From contig OY781089.1 in NCBI GenBank assembly GCA_963676565.1, forward strand, positions 32,001-96,000: 64,000 bases of DNA, read 5' to 3'. The position numbers were made by a program, and so were the translations under genes. Of the stretch, positions 20,953 through 30,672 are shown piece by piece. Numbering within the stretch: the stretch's first letter is position 1; each line of letters opens with the position of its first letter. Source of the stretch: Halarcobacter sp. GTDB taxonomy: Bacteria > Campylobacterota > Campylobacteria > Campylobacterales > Arcobacteraceae. The notes below the pieces were generated by a model. The model saw only the letters and a list, made by a program, of their open reading frames with translations, searched no databases and was not told the DNA's origin.

Positions 20953-21816
20953 TTATACAGCCATCACAGCTTTAATTGGTTCATCACACTCATACCCTAC
21001 AAGTTCAAAATCACTCATTTTAAAATCATTGATATCTTTTATATCTTTGTTTATCTTCATTGTTGGTAATTTATGTGGTGTTCTACTTAATTGTAAATTT
21101 ACTTGGTCCATATGGTTTGAATATATATGTGCATCTCCAAAAGTATGAACAAAATCTCCAAGTTCTAAATCACAAACTTGAGCTATCATCATTGTTAAAA
21201 GTGCGTAAGAAGCTATATTAAAAGGTACTCCTAAAAATACATCTGCACTTCTTTGATAAAGTTGGCAAGATAATTTTCCATTTGCTACATAAAATTGAAA
21301 AAATGTATGACACGGAGGTAATGCCATATTTTCAATTTCAGCTACATTCCATGCATTTAATATAATTCTTCTACTATCTGGATTCGTTTTTATTTGATTT
21401 ATTATATCAGCTAGTTGGTCATAAGATTTTCCATTCGCACCTTTCCAACTTCTCCATTGAGCACCATAAACTGGCCCTAATTCTTTTATGGTTTCAGTAT
21501 TTGTGTAACCTAAAGCCTTACCTTGTGCATCGGCATTTGCTGTCCAAACTGTATTTTTACCTATTATGTTTGAAGCTTTATCACCATAATGTATTTCAGC
21601 AAGTCTTCTTTCATCAGTACTACCTTCAATAAACCATAAAAGCTCACTTATAATACCTTTTAAGAAAGTTTTTTTAGTAGTAACTAAAGGAAATCCTTGG
21701 CTTAAATCAAATCTCATTTGATATCCAAAAACTGAAGTTGTTCCTGTTCCTGTTCTATCCTCTTTTGTAGTTCCATTGTCCAAAATATGTTGAAGTAAGT
21801 CTAAATATTGCTTCAA
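20953..21816 (-). CDS. thyA: Thymidylate synthase (ThyA)
   Basis: DRTGTGT, catalytic [24 protein letters not shown]. Confidence 0.97.
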   Translation of the reverse strand: MKQYLDLLQHILDNGTTKEDRTGTGTTSVFGYQMRFDLSQGFPLVTTKKTFLKGIISELLWFIEGSTDERRLAEIHYGDKASNIIGKNTVWTANADAQGKALGYTNTETIKELGPVYGAQWRSWKGANGKSYDQLADIINQIKTNPDSRRIILNAWNVAEIENMALPPCHTFFQFYVANGKLSCQLYQRSADVFLGVPFNIASYALLTMMIAQVCDLELGDFVHTFGDAHIYSNHMDQVNLQLSRTPHKLPTMKINKDIKDINDFKMSDFELVGYECDEPIKAVMAV

Positions 21817-21907
21817 GTTTTTTCCTTGATTGTATTAATTTGAATTGTTTATTGTATTAAAATAATTTGTAAGAGCGGTTTAAGTATAGAGATAAAATTA
21901 AATATTG

Positions 21908-21940
21908 AAAAATTCTAAATTTTACGAATAAAATTTAGAA
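21908..21940 (-). terminator. Intrinsic terminator of the small-peptide transcript
   Basis: 12-bp stem TTCTAAATTTTA / TAAAATTTAGAA; loop UUCG on the minus strand, followed by UUUUU. Confidence 0.75.
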
Positions 21941-22014
21941 CCTTCAGATAACATCATAGCAACTAACGTAGCAAGTGTAAAACTATAAACTACAATTCCA
22001 ATAAATTTTTTCAT
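21922..22014 (-). CDS. 30-aa hydrophobic peptide MKKFIGIVVYSFTLATLVAMMLSEGSKFYS (not in ORF track)
   Basis: SD AAAGGA 6 nt upstream of ATG; one TM-like stretch; own promoter and terminator. Confidence 0.7.
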   Translation of the reverse strand: MKKFIGIVVYSFTLATLVAMMLSEGSKFYS

Positions 22015-22043
22015 ATCTTATCCTTTAAAAAATTCTAAAACTC

Positions 22044-22129
22044 TTGACTAACCAGTCAAATTTTGAGACGAAAGAAGATCTTGACTGATTGGTCAAAGGA
22101 ATTATAACACCTTTTGACTATTTAGTCAA
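22044..22129. promoter_or_regulatory. Three TTGACT-N4-AGTCAA operators around an extended -10 promoter (minus strand)
   Basis: Sites at 22044-22059, 22081-22096 (one mismatch) and 22114-22129; TGTTATAAT on the minus strand at 22109-22101. Confidence 0.8.
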
Positions 22130-22145
22130 GACAATTTAAAAGATT

Positions 22146-22718
22146 TTATGATTTTATTTTTAATTTATCAAAATAGTAAGCTAGCTGCTCTATACAATTT
22201 GCAAATATTTTTCCATCTTGACTCTTCTTTGAAGATGACAAACACCCTTCAATAGAAGCAACAACAAATATAGCAAGCTCTTTCATATCTGGATGTGCTA
22301 TCTCTTTTCTTTCTTCTGCTTTTTTTAAGACTCTGTAGATAATATCTTCAAAATTTAAATATACCTTTTCTAATGCTTTTTTAAAATCATCATCATGGTG
22401 AGATAACTCTTGAACTAATGAGTTTAATCTGCACCCTAGTGTATGATTAAATGAATCTGTATTTCGTAAAACATTAAACATAGAATCAATATAATTTTCT
22501 TCTACATCTAAAATTGCACTATATTTTTTATCAATGTATCCATAAACATGTACATCAATAACTGCTAATACTAACTCTTTTTTTGATTTGAAATAATGGT
22601 ACATACTACCTTTATTTAATTGCGCTTTTTTTAATATTTTGTCAACTGAAACAGAATAATACCCATTTTCATATATCTCTTCAAAAGTTACTGCTAACAA
22701 TTTTTCCTTTGTTGTCAT
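22146..22718 (-). CDS. TetR/AcrR family regulator (NemR/LmrA-like)
   Basis: HTH SVDKILKKAQLNKGSMYHYFKSKKEL; GCRL motif in the C-terminal domain. Confidence 0.92.
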   Translation of the reverse strand: MTTKEKLLAVTFEEIYENGYYSVSVDKILKKAQLNKGSMYHYFKSKKELVLAVIDVHVYGYIDKKYSAILDVEENYIDSMFNVLRNTDSFNHTLGCRLNSLVQELSHHDDDFKKALEKVYLNFEDIIYRVLKKAEERKEIAHPDMKELAIFVVASIEGCLSSSKKSQDGKIFANCIEQLAYYFDKLKIKS

Positions 22719-22734
22719 TATTTATCCCACCTAA

Positions 22735-23712
22735 TTAATTTCTTTTTTGCCCTGGTTTTGGTTGACTTACTTGTTTTTGTAAATCCAGCGATAAGTTGTT
22801 AAAAAATAATTCACCATAATCAGTTGTTCTATTAATAGTTTCATATGCTTGTATAATACTATTGTTATATCTTACTGCATCTTGCAATATCTTTAAAATC
22901 TTAACTGATTCTAAAAAGTTTACATGTGATGGAGCTTCAATTGGAGAAGAATAATATTTATGCATTCTTTCAACTAAATTTTTATTTCTAATCTCAATAA
23001 ATACAGATTCTATAGGTGATTTAAAAAATAAAATCTTCTGCTTTACATTAATAGATATATATGTAGTATCCATACCATATATCTTTCTTGAAAAGGAATC
23101 AAACAAAAACAACTTTTTATTATAGTTATTATTAAATAGTTCATACATCAATTCCAAGATTTTAATTTTTTCCTCTTTAGTATAAAAGTTACCAAAGTTA
23201 GCAAAACAGAAGATTAAAACAGATTTAATTGAATACCACTCTGTAGTATCATAATCATACCTTAGCATCTGTTCAATTCTTAACTGTTTTAATTCCTCTA
23301 TTTCTGTTGATGTTCTTGTTCTATAAACTTTTTTTACAGCAGTATCTCTATACATAGGTCCAGGGAATTGTGCTTGTATTACAAATCTTCTATTTTTTTC
23401 AAGATCCATAATATATTTTAGTCTTCCTTCATAATCTTCATCAATAATTCTTACTTCTTTTTGAGGAATCTGACTAATTGACTTTATAAACTCTTCCCCT
23501 GTACATCCCTCTTCCCAGATAAAATCTGGATATCTAAAGACATTACAAATTTTATTTTTAACATCATCATTTGGCTCAATATCAGAAACATTATCTATCC
23601 ATGAAGTAACTGTACGTCTATCTTTTTGAATAAGTGAGGCAAATTTTGATATACTCAAATTTGATCTTTTAAAAATCTCTATAAATTTTTCTATTCCATT
23701 TTTATACGTCAT
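22735..23712 (-). CDS. Uncharacterised protein with N-terminal XRE-like HTH; probable regulator
   Basis: LSISKFASLIQKDRRTVTSWID resembles an XRE HTH; divergent from prpB. Confidence 0.6.
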   Translation of the reverse strand: MTYKNGIEKFIEIFKRSNLSISKFASLIQKDRRTVTSWIDNVSDIEPNDDVKNKICNVFRYPDFIWEEGCTGEEFIKSISQIPQKEVRIIDEDYEGRLKYIMDLEKNRRFVIQAQFPGPMYRDTAVKKVYRTRTSTEIEELKQLRIEQMLRYDYDTTEWYSIKSVLIFCFANFGNFYTKEEKIKILELMYELFNNNYNKKLFLFDSFSRKIYGMDTTYISINVKQKILFFKSPIESVFIEIRNKNLVERMHKYYSSPIEAPSHVNFLESVKILKILQDAVRYNNSIIQAYETINRTTDYGELFFNNLSLDLQKQVSQPKPGQKRN

Positions 23713-23888
23713 TCTAAGTCCCTAATAGTTTTTTGAGATTTATTGTACCATTAGTATACATAAGAACAAATATTGTACATAACTTCTATTTCTTATAAAA
23801 AATTGTATTTTCTAAATCAAAAAATATACAATACTACATTTGTAAAGAGTAGTATAATGATTATCACTTAATTTATATAAGGATTCAT

Positions 23889-24773
23889 ATGAGCGCAGGA
23901 AAAAAATTTAGAGAAGCATTAAAAGAAGAATCTCCACTACAAATCGTAGGGACAATCAATGCTTACCAAGCATTACAAGCTACTAAAGTTGGATACAAAG
24001 CTATCTATTTATCAGGTGGTGGTATTGCTAACGCTTCATACGGTTTACCAGATTTAGGTATGACTATGATTGAAGATGTTTGTATTGATATTAGAAGAGT
24101 TACTTCTATTTGTGATACTCCATTAATTGTTGATGCAGATACAGGTTGGGGACATGCATTCAACGTTGCTAGAACTGTTAAAGAATTTATCAGAGCTGGT
24201 GCTGCTGGATTACATATCGAAGATCAAGTTGCTGCAAAAAGATGTGGTCACAGACCTAATAAAGAGTTAGTTACAACAGAAGAGATGTGTGACAGAATTA
24301 GAGCTGCAGTTGATGCAAAAATGCAATTAGACCCAGATTTCTACATTATTGCTAGAACTGATGCACATGCATCTGAAGGTCAAGAAGCTGCAGTAGCTAG
24401 AGCAAAAGCTTATGTTGAAGCTGGAGCAGATGCAATTTTCGCTGAAGCAGTTCATACATTAAAAGAATACAAAGAGTTCTGTGAACAAATGACTGTACCA
24501 GTATTAGCAAACATTACTGAGTTTGGGGCAACTCCAATGTTTACTACTGAAGAGTTAGGTTCAGTTGGAATTGAAATGGTTCTTTATCCATTATCTGCAT
24601 TTAGAGCAATGAACAAAGCTGCATTAAATGTATATAAAGAACTAAGAGAAAAAGGTACTCAAGAAGGTGTTCTTGATACTATGCAAACAAGAATGGAGCT
24701 TTACGATATGTTAGGTTACCATGACTATGAACAAAAAATGGACGAGTTATTTTCTAAGGGAAAAGCTAAGTAA
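23889..24773 (+). CDS. prpB: 2-methylisocitrate lyase
   Basis: KRCGH catalytic loop, [15 protein letters not shown]. Confidence 0.96.
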   Translation: MSAGKKFREALKEESPLQIVGTINAYQALQATKVGYKAIYLSGGGIANASYGLPDLGMTMIEDVCIDIRRVTSICDTPLIVDADTGWGHAFNVARTVKEFIRAGAAGLHIEDQVAAKRCGHRPNKELVTTEEMCDRIRAAVDAKMQLDPDFYIIARTDAHASEGQEAAVARAKAYVEAGADAIFAEAVHTLKEYKEFCEQMTVPVLANITEFGATPMFTTEELGSVGIEMVLYPLSAFRAMNKAALNVYKELREKGTQEGVLDTMQTRMELYDMLGYHDYEQKMDELFSKGKAK

Positions 24774-24831
24774 TTAGACTTAAAAAATAAAAATAAAAAA
24801 ACTAGGGAAAAGTTTACAAAAGGAGAAATTT

Positions 24832-25980
24832 ATGAGTACTACTACGGGATTTAAACCAAAAAAATCTGTTGCTTTATCAGGGCACGCTGCAGGGAACACT
24901 GCTATTTGTACAGTTGGAAAAAGTGGAAATGATTTACACTATAGAGGGTATGATATTTTAGAATTTGCTAACACTGCAGAATTTGAAGAGATTGCATACT
25001 TAATTGTACATGAAAAATTACCTAATAAAGCAGAATTAGCTGCTTATAAAGAAAAACTACAGGGGATGAGAGATATTCCAGATGGTGTTAAAGTTGCATT
25101 AGAGCAATTACCAAAAACTTCTCACCCAATGGACGTAATGAGAACTGGTTGTTCTGTTCTTGGAGCAATTATGTCTGAAGATGAGTCTCACCCAAAAGAG
25201 GGAGCACAATTAATCGTTGATAAATTAATGGCATGTTTTGGTTCTATGTTATGTTACTGGTACCACTATGCATATAATGGAAAAAGAATTGATGTTGTAA
25301 CTGATGATGATTCAGTTGGTGGTCACTTCTTACACCTATTACATGGTGAAAAGCCAAGAGAATCTTGGGTTAGAGCTATGCATACATCATTAATTTTATA
25401 TGCAGAGCACGAATTTAATGCATCTACATTTACTTCAAGAGTAATTTCTGGAACTAACTCAGATATGTTCTCTTGTATTACTGGTGCAATTGGAGCATTA
25501 AGAGGTCCTAAACATGGTGGAGCAAATGAAGTTGCATTCTATATCCAAGAAAGATACTCTTCACCTGATGAAGCAGAAAAAGACATCTTAGAAAGAATGG
25601 CAAGAAAAGAGATTATTATTGGTTTTGGACACCCAGTTTATTCTGTATGTGACCCAAGAAACGTTGTAATCAAAAAAGTTGCTGAAGACTTATCAAAAGA
25701 AAACAACAACACTTTAATGTATGATGTTGCTGAAAGAATTGAATCTGTAATGTGGAAAAACAAAAAAATGTTCCCTAACTTAGACTGGTTCTCGGCTGTT
25801 TCTTATAACCAAATGGGAATCCCAACTGATATGTTTACTCCAATTTTCATTATCTCAAGAGTTACTGGATGGGGAGCACATGCTATTGAGCAAAGAGAAG
25901 ATGGTAAAATCATTAGACCTTCTGCAAACTATACTGGTCCAGAAGATTTAAAATATGTTCCAATAGAAGAAAGAGAATAA
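24832..25980 (+). CDS. prpC: 2-methylcitrate synthase
   Basis: [11 protein letters not shown]-terminus, [30 protein letters not shown]. Confidence 0.96.
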   Translation: MSTTTGFKPKKSVALSGHAAGNTAICTVGKSGNDLHYRGYDILEFANTAEFEEIAYLIVHEKLPNKAELAAYKEKLQGMRDIPDGVKVALEQLPKTSHPMDVMRTGCSVLGAIMSEDESHPKEGAQLIVDKLMACFGSMLCYWYHYAYNGKRIDVVTDDDSVGGHFLHLLHGEKPRESWVRAMHTSLILYAEHEFNASTFTSRVISGTNSDMFSCITGAIGALRGPKHGGANEVAFYIQERYSSPDEAEKDILERMARKEIIIGFGHPVYSVCDPRNVVIKKVAEDLSKENNNTLMYDVAERIESVMWKNKKMFPNLDWFSAVSYNQMGIPTDMFTPIFIISRVTGWGAHAIEQREDGKIIRPSANYTGPEDLKYVPIEERE

Positions 25981-26000
25981 TCAAAAGATTATTGAAGACT

Positions 26001-26037
26001 TAAAAGCCATCAAGTTTTTTGATGGCTTTTATTTTTT
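26001..26037 (+). terminator. Intra-operon hairpin/terminator between prpC and acnD
   Basis: Inverted repeat TAAAAGCCATCAA / TTGATGGCTTTTA followed by a T-run. Confidence 0.65.
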
Positions 26038-26070
26038 ATAGAGAAAAAATTAAAAATAGGTATAAATAAT

Positions 26071-28665
26071 ATGACAAACGAAAAATATCTTAAAGACCTT
26101 GATGGTGTTGATGGTGTTAAATTTTACGATGTTAAAGCAGCGGTTGAAGATATTCAAGCTGGTTCATTTGAAAAATTAAACTATACTTCAAGAGTTTTAG
26201 CAGAGAACTTAATTAGAAAGTGTCCTAGTGAAGATTTAGAAGATTCATTAGTTCAATTAATTGAAAAAAGAACAGACAAAGATTTCCCTTGGTATCCATC
26301 AAGAGTTATTTGTCACGATATCTTAGGATTAACTGCATTTGTTGACTTAGCAGGATTAAGAGAAGCAGTTGCAGAAAAAGGTGGAAACCCAGATAAAGTA
26401 AATCCAGTAGTTCCTACTCAACTTATCGTTGACCACTCATTAGCAGTAGAGTGTGGTGGATTTGATCCAGATGCATTCCAAAAAAATAGAGATATTGAAG
26501 ATAGAAGAAATGCAGATAGATTCCACTTTATTAACTGGACAAAAGAAGCATTTAATAATGTAGATGTTATTCCTCCAGGTAATGGTATTATGCACCAAAT
26601 CAACCTTGAAAAAATGTCTCCAGTAGTTCACTTAAATGATGGAATTGCTAGTCCAGATACATTAGTTGGTACTGACTCACATACTCCACACGTTGATGCA
26701 CTTGGTGTTATTGCAGTTGGTGTTGGTGGATTAGAAGCTGAAAATGTAATGCTTGGAAACCCATCTTATATGAGAGTTCCTGAAATCATTGGTGTTGAAA
26801 TAGTTGGAGATAGAGCTCCTGGAATTACAGCAACTGATATTGCACTTTCTATGACTTCATTCTTAAGAGAAAACAATGTAATTTCAGCTTACTTAGAGTT
26901 CTTTGGACCTGGTATTAAATACCTTAACTTAGGTGATAGAGCAACTATTGCAAATATGACTCCTGAGTATGGTGCATCTGCTGGTATGTTCGCTATTGAT
27001 GAACAAACTATTTCTTACTTAAGAGTAACTGGTAGAGAAGAAAAACAATGTCAACTAGTAGAAGCTTATGCTAAAGCTAATGGTTTATGGGCAGATCAAT
27101 TTGAAAATGCTACATATGCTAGAACAATTCAATTTGACTTATCTAAAGTAACTAGATCTTTAGCAGGTCCTTCTAAACCTCACAAATTAGTTCCAACTTC
27201 AACTTTAAAAGAAGAAGGTATTGTAAAAGAGTGGACTCAAGAAGGTGATTTAATTCCAGATGGTGGTATTTTAATTGCGGCTATTACTTCTTGTACAAAT
27301 ACTTCAAATCCAAGAAATGTTATTGCTGCTGGATTACTAGCTAAAAAAGCAAATGAGCTAGGTCTATCTAGAAAGCCATGGGTTAAGTCTTCATTAGCAC
27401 CAGGTTCAAAAGTAATTGAAGTTTACTTAAAAGAAGCTGGATTATTACCAGAGATGGAAAAATTAGGATTTGGTGTAGTTGGTTTTGCATGTACTACTTG
27501 TAATGGTATGTCTGGTGCACTTGATCCAAAAATCCAACAAGAAGTAATTGATAGAGATATATACTCAACTGCTGTACTTTCTGGTAACAGAAACTTTGAT
27601 GGAAGAATCCACCCATACGTAAAAGAAGCATTCTTAGCATCTCCTGCATTAGTTGTTGCATATGCATTAGCTGGTACTGTTAGATTTGATATTGAAAATG
27701 ATTCTTTAGGTAAAGATAAAGATGGTAACGATATTAAATTAGCTGATTTATGGCCATCTGATGAGGAAATTGATGCAATTGAAAAAGAATTCGTTAGACC
27801 AGAAATGTATAATGCTATTTATGATCCAATGTTTGCAAGAGATGGAATTGCTGGAGTTAAAGTAGAACCATTCTATAAATGGAATCCAAACTCAACATAT
27901 ATTAACAAACCACCTTATTGGGAAGATGAATATATGCAAATGCCAGCATTAAAAGGTATGAGACCATTAGGTGTATTCCCTGATAATATCACTACTGACC
28001 ACTTATCACCATCAAATGCTATCTTACCAGATTCAGCTTCTGGAGAATATTGTATCTCTAAAGGTCTTCCAATCCCTGACCTTAACTCTTATGCAACGCA
28101 CAGAGGGGATCACAATACAGCTTCTAGAGCAACATTAGCAAATCCAAAACTATTTAACGAAATGGTTAAAGATGAAAATGGAAATGTTAAACAAGGTTCA
28201 TTAACTAAGATTATGCCAGAAGGTAAAGAATCTAGAATGTGGGAAGCTATTGAAGAGTATAACAATAGAAAACAACCACTTATTATCATTGCTGGTACTA
28301 ACTATGGTCAAGGTTCATCAAGAGACTGGGCTGCAAAAGGTGTACGTCTAGCTGGTGTTGAAGTTTTAATCGCTGAGTCAATTGAAAGAATCCACAGAAC
28401 TAACTTAGTTGGAATGGGTGTATTACCATTACAATTTAAAGAGGGTGATACTAGATTTACTTATGAAATTGATGGAAGTGAAACTTTTGATATCGAAGGT
28501 GAAATTACTCCTAGATGTGACTTAACTGTTGTTATGACTAGAGCAAATGGTGAAGTTGTTAAATTCGATGTTTTATGTAGACTAGATACTTCTGCTGAAG
28601 TTGAAGTTTATAAAAACGGTGGTATTTTACAAAAATTCGCTAAAGATGTTGTTGCTGAAGGTTAA
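26071..28665 (+). CDS. acnD: Fe/S-dependent 2-methylcitrate/2-methylisocitrate dehydratase AcnD
   Basis: Aconitase fold: IVDHSL, GTDSHT, TSCTNTS, CTTCNG, GSSRDWAAKG; lies between prpC and prpF. Confidence 0.95.
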   Translation: MTNEKYLKDLDGVDGVKFYDVKAAVEDIQAGSFEKLNYTSRVLAENLIRKCPSEDLEDSLVQLIEKRTDKDFPWYPSRVICHDILGLTAFVDLAGLREAVAEKGGNPDKVNPVVPTQLIVDHSLAVECGGFDPDAFQKNRDIEDRRNADRFHFINWTKEAFNNVDVIPPGNGIMHQINLEKMSPVVHLNDGIASPDTLVGTDSHTPHVDALGVIAVGVGGLEAENVMLGNPSYMRVPEIIGVEIVGDRAPGITATDIALSMTSFLRENNVISAYLEFFGPGIKYLNLGDRATIANMTPEYGASAGMFAIDEQTISYLRVTGREEKQCQLVEAYAKANGLWADQFENATYARTIQFDLSKVTRSLAGPSKPHKLVPTSTLKEEGIVKEWTQEGDLIPDGGILIAAITSCTNTSNPRNVIAAGLLAKKANELGLSRKPWVKSSLAPGSKVIEVYLKEAGLLPEMEKLGFGVVGFACTTCNGMSGALDPKIQQEVIDRDIYSTAVLSGNRNFDGRIHPYVKEAFLASPALVVAYALAGTVRFDIENDSLGKDKDGNDIKLADLWPSDEEIDAIEKEFVRPEMYNAIYDPMFARDGIAGVKVEPFYKWNPNSTYINKPPYWEDEYMQMPALKGMRPLGVFPDNITTDHLSPSNAILPDSASGEYCISKGLPIPDLNSYATHRGDHNTASRATLANPKLFNEMVKDENGNVKQGSLTKIMPEGKESRMWEAIEEYNNRKQPLIIIAGTNYGQGSSRDWAAKGVRLAGVEVLIAESIERIHRTNLVGMGVLPLQFKEGDTRFTYEIDGSETFDIEGEITPRCDLTVVMTRANGEVVKFDVLCRLDTSAEVEVYKNGGILQKFAKDVVAEG

Positions 28666-28779
28666 TAAACCTTTTTATCAATATCTATAATTTTAGGGCA
28701 CTTTTGCCCTAAAATATTAAATTTTTTCTAAAAAATCTTATTGATTTTTTAGTAAGAATTTATAATAAGGGAAAAGATT

Positions 28780-29955
28780 ATGGCTTACAAACCGCAATTT
28801 AAAGTAAAAGCTACATATATGAGAGGTGGAACTTCTAAAGGAACATTTTTCAATATTGCAGATTTACCTGAAGAAGCAAAACAAGATCCAAGAAAAAGAG
28901 ATAAATTATTACAAAGAATCGTAGGATCTCCAGATTTGTATAAAAAACAAATTGATGGTATGGGTGGAGCAACTTCATCTACTTCAAAAGCTATTTTAGT
29001 TGGAAAATCTGATGTTCCAAATCACGATGTTGATTACTATTTTTGCCAAGTAGCTATTGATAAAGACTTTGTTGATATGAGTGGAAACTGTGGAAACTTA
29101 TCAAGTGCTGTTGGTCCTTTTGCTATACATGAGGGATTAGTAGATAATGTACCTGAGAATGGAGTTTGTTGTGTAAGAATTTGGCAAGCAAACATCAAAA
29201 AAACTATTCTATGTTATGTAACAATGGAAAATGGAATGGTTAAAGAGATGGGTGATTACGAGATTGATGGAGTTGCCTTTCCAGCAGAAGAGATTGTTTT
29301 AGAATTTGTTGAGCCAGTTGATCCATCTGAAGAGTTATTTCCAACTGGTAATTTAGTAGATGATTTAGAGGTTCCTGGTGTTGGAACTTTTAAAGCTACT
29401 ATGATAACTGCTGGTATTCCAACTGTATTTGTAAATGCAGATGAAATTGGATATAAAGGAACAGAACTTCAAGGTGATATTAACTCTGATGTTGAAGCAC
29501 TTGAGAGATTTGAAAAAATTAGAATTGCAGGTGCACTTAAAATGGGCGTTATGAAAAGTGCAGAAGATGCATTAACTCAACAACATACACCAAAAATTGC
29601 ATTTGTTTCACCTCCACAAGATTTTACTACTTCAAGTGGAAAGGAAGTAAAAGCTGATGAGATGGATTTACATGTAAGAGCATTATCTATGCAACAACTT
29701 CACCATGCTATGATGGGAACTGCTTCAGTTGCAATTGGAGTTGCAGCTTGTGTTCCTGGAACTTTAGTAAATATTGCTGCAGGTGGGGGAGAAAAAGATT
29801 CTGTTACTTTTGGACATCCAAGTGGAGCTATTAAAGTTGGTGCAACACTATCTAAAGATGGTGATAAATATATTGTTGAAAAAGCTAGTATGAGTAGAAG
29901 TGCTAGAATTATCATGGATGGGAATGTTCATGTTCCTGCTGGGACTATGGATTAA
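28780..29955 (+). CDS. prpF: 2-methylaconitate isomerase PrpF
   Basis: YMRGGTSKG, GATSSTSK, SGNCGN, HHAMMGT, FGHPSG. Confidence 0.95.
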   Translation: MAYKPQFKVKATYMRGGTSKGTFFNIADLPEEAKQDPRKRDKLLQRIVGSPDLYKKQIDGMGGATSSTSKAILVGKSDVPNHDVDYYFCQVAIDKDFVDMSGNCGNLSSAVGPFAIHEGLVDNVPENGVCCVRIWQANIKKTILCYVTMENGMVKEMGDYEIDGVAFPAEEIVLEFVEPVDPSEELFPTGNLVDDLEVPGVGTFKATMITAGIPTVFVNADEIGYKGTELQGDINSDVEALERFEKIRIAGALKMGVMKSAEDALTQQHTPKIAFVSPPQDFTTSSGKEVKADEMDLHVRALSMQQLHHAMMGTASVAIGVAACVPGTLVNIAAGGGEKDSVTFGHPSGAIKVGATLSKDGDKYIVEKASMSRSARIIMDGNVHVPAGTMD

Positions 29956-29990
29956 TTTATAAACTTTTAACAAAAATAATTTTAATCACT

Positions 29991-30023
29991 AAAGGAAGGG
30001 TATTTTTTACTTTTCCTTTTTTT
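29991..30023 (+). terminator. Terminator after the prp operon
   Basis: Imperfect hairpin AAAGGAAGGGTA / TACTTTTCCTTT plus T-run. Confidence 0.55.
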
Positions 30024-30096
30024 ATTTAACTTATTGATACCCTTTTAATACTATCTTACACTATAATTATGTTAATATATGAAAGGGGAGACTATT

Positions 30097-30672
30097 ATGT
30101 CTAAAACAAAAATAATTTTTGGTATATTTTTAATAACTTTAATGTTATCGACACTTTTGTTTACAGCATTCCCTTCTCTTTATTCTAATAATGAAACTGG
30201 GAAGATATATAAACAAGTTGATACAAATTTTAATTTTTTAAAAAATGAAGACTCTGAATATGTACTACTTTATTTTGGTTATGTTGGTTGTACAACAATT
30301 TGTTCACCTGCATTAAATGAGATTAGCCAAATATACAAAAAACTTGATAAAAATAAATTTACTTTCTATTTTGTAAATTTACAAGAAAATATACCAAAAG
30401 AGAATGTTGATTTATTTGCAAAAGTTTTTGATGAAGACTTTACAGGAATTTATCTAAATAATCAAGAGATAAAAAAAATAATAAATACACTTAATATAAA
30501 ATTTGTACCTTCAATGTTAGATAAATATGAAATTGACCATTCAGGTTTTTTACATGTTTTAAAAAAAGAAGAGAACAATATATATCAACAAAAGTTTATT
30601 TATACAACAAGACCACTTCAAATTGAAGAAATAATTAAAGATTTAAATAATACAAAAGGAGCGTCATCATGA
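30097..30672 (+). CDS. SCO1/SenC family copper chaperone
   Basis: N-terminal TM anchor, [10 protein letters not shown] (CxxxC), distal His in IDHSG; SD AAGGGGAG before ATG 30097. Confidence 0.85.
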   Translation: MSKTKIIFGIFLITLMLSTLLFTAFPSLYSNNETGKIYKQVDTNFNFLKNEDSEYVLLYFGYVGCTTICSPALNEISQIYKKLDKNKFTFYFVNLQENIPKENVDLFAKVFDEDFTGIYLNNQEIKKIINTLNIKFVPSMLDKYEIDHSGFLHVLKKEENNIYQQKFIYTTRPLQIEEIIKDLNNTKGASS

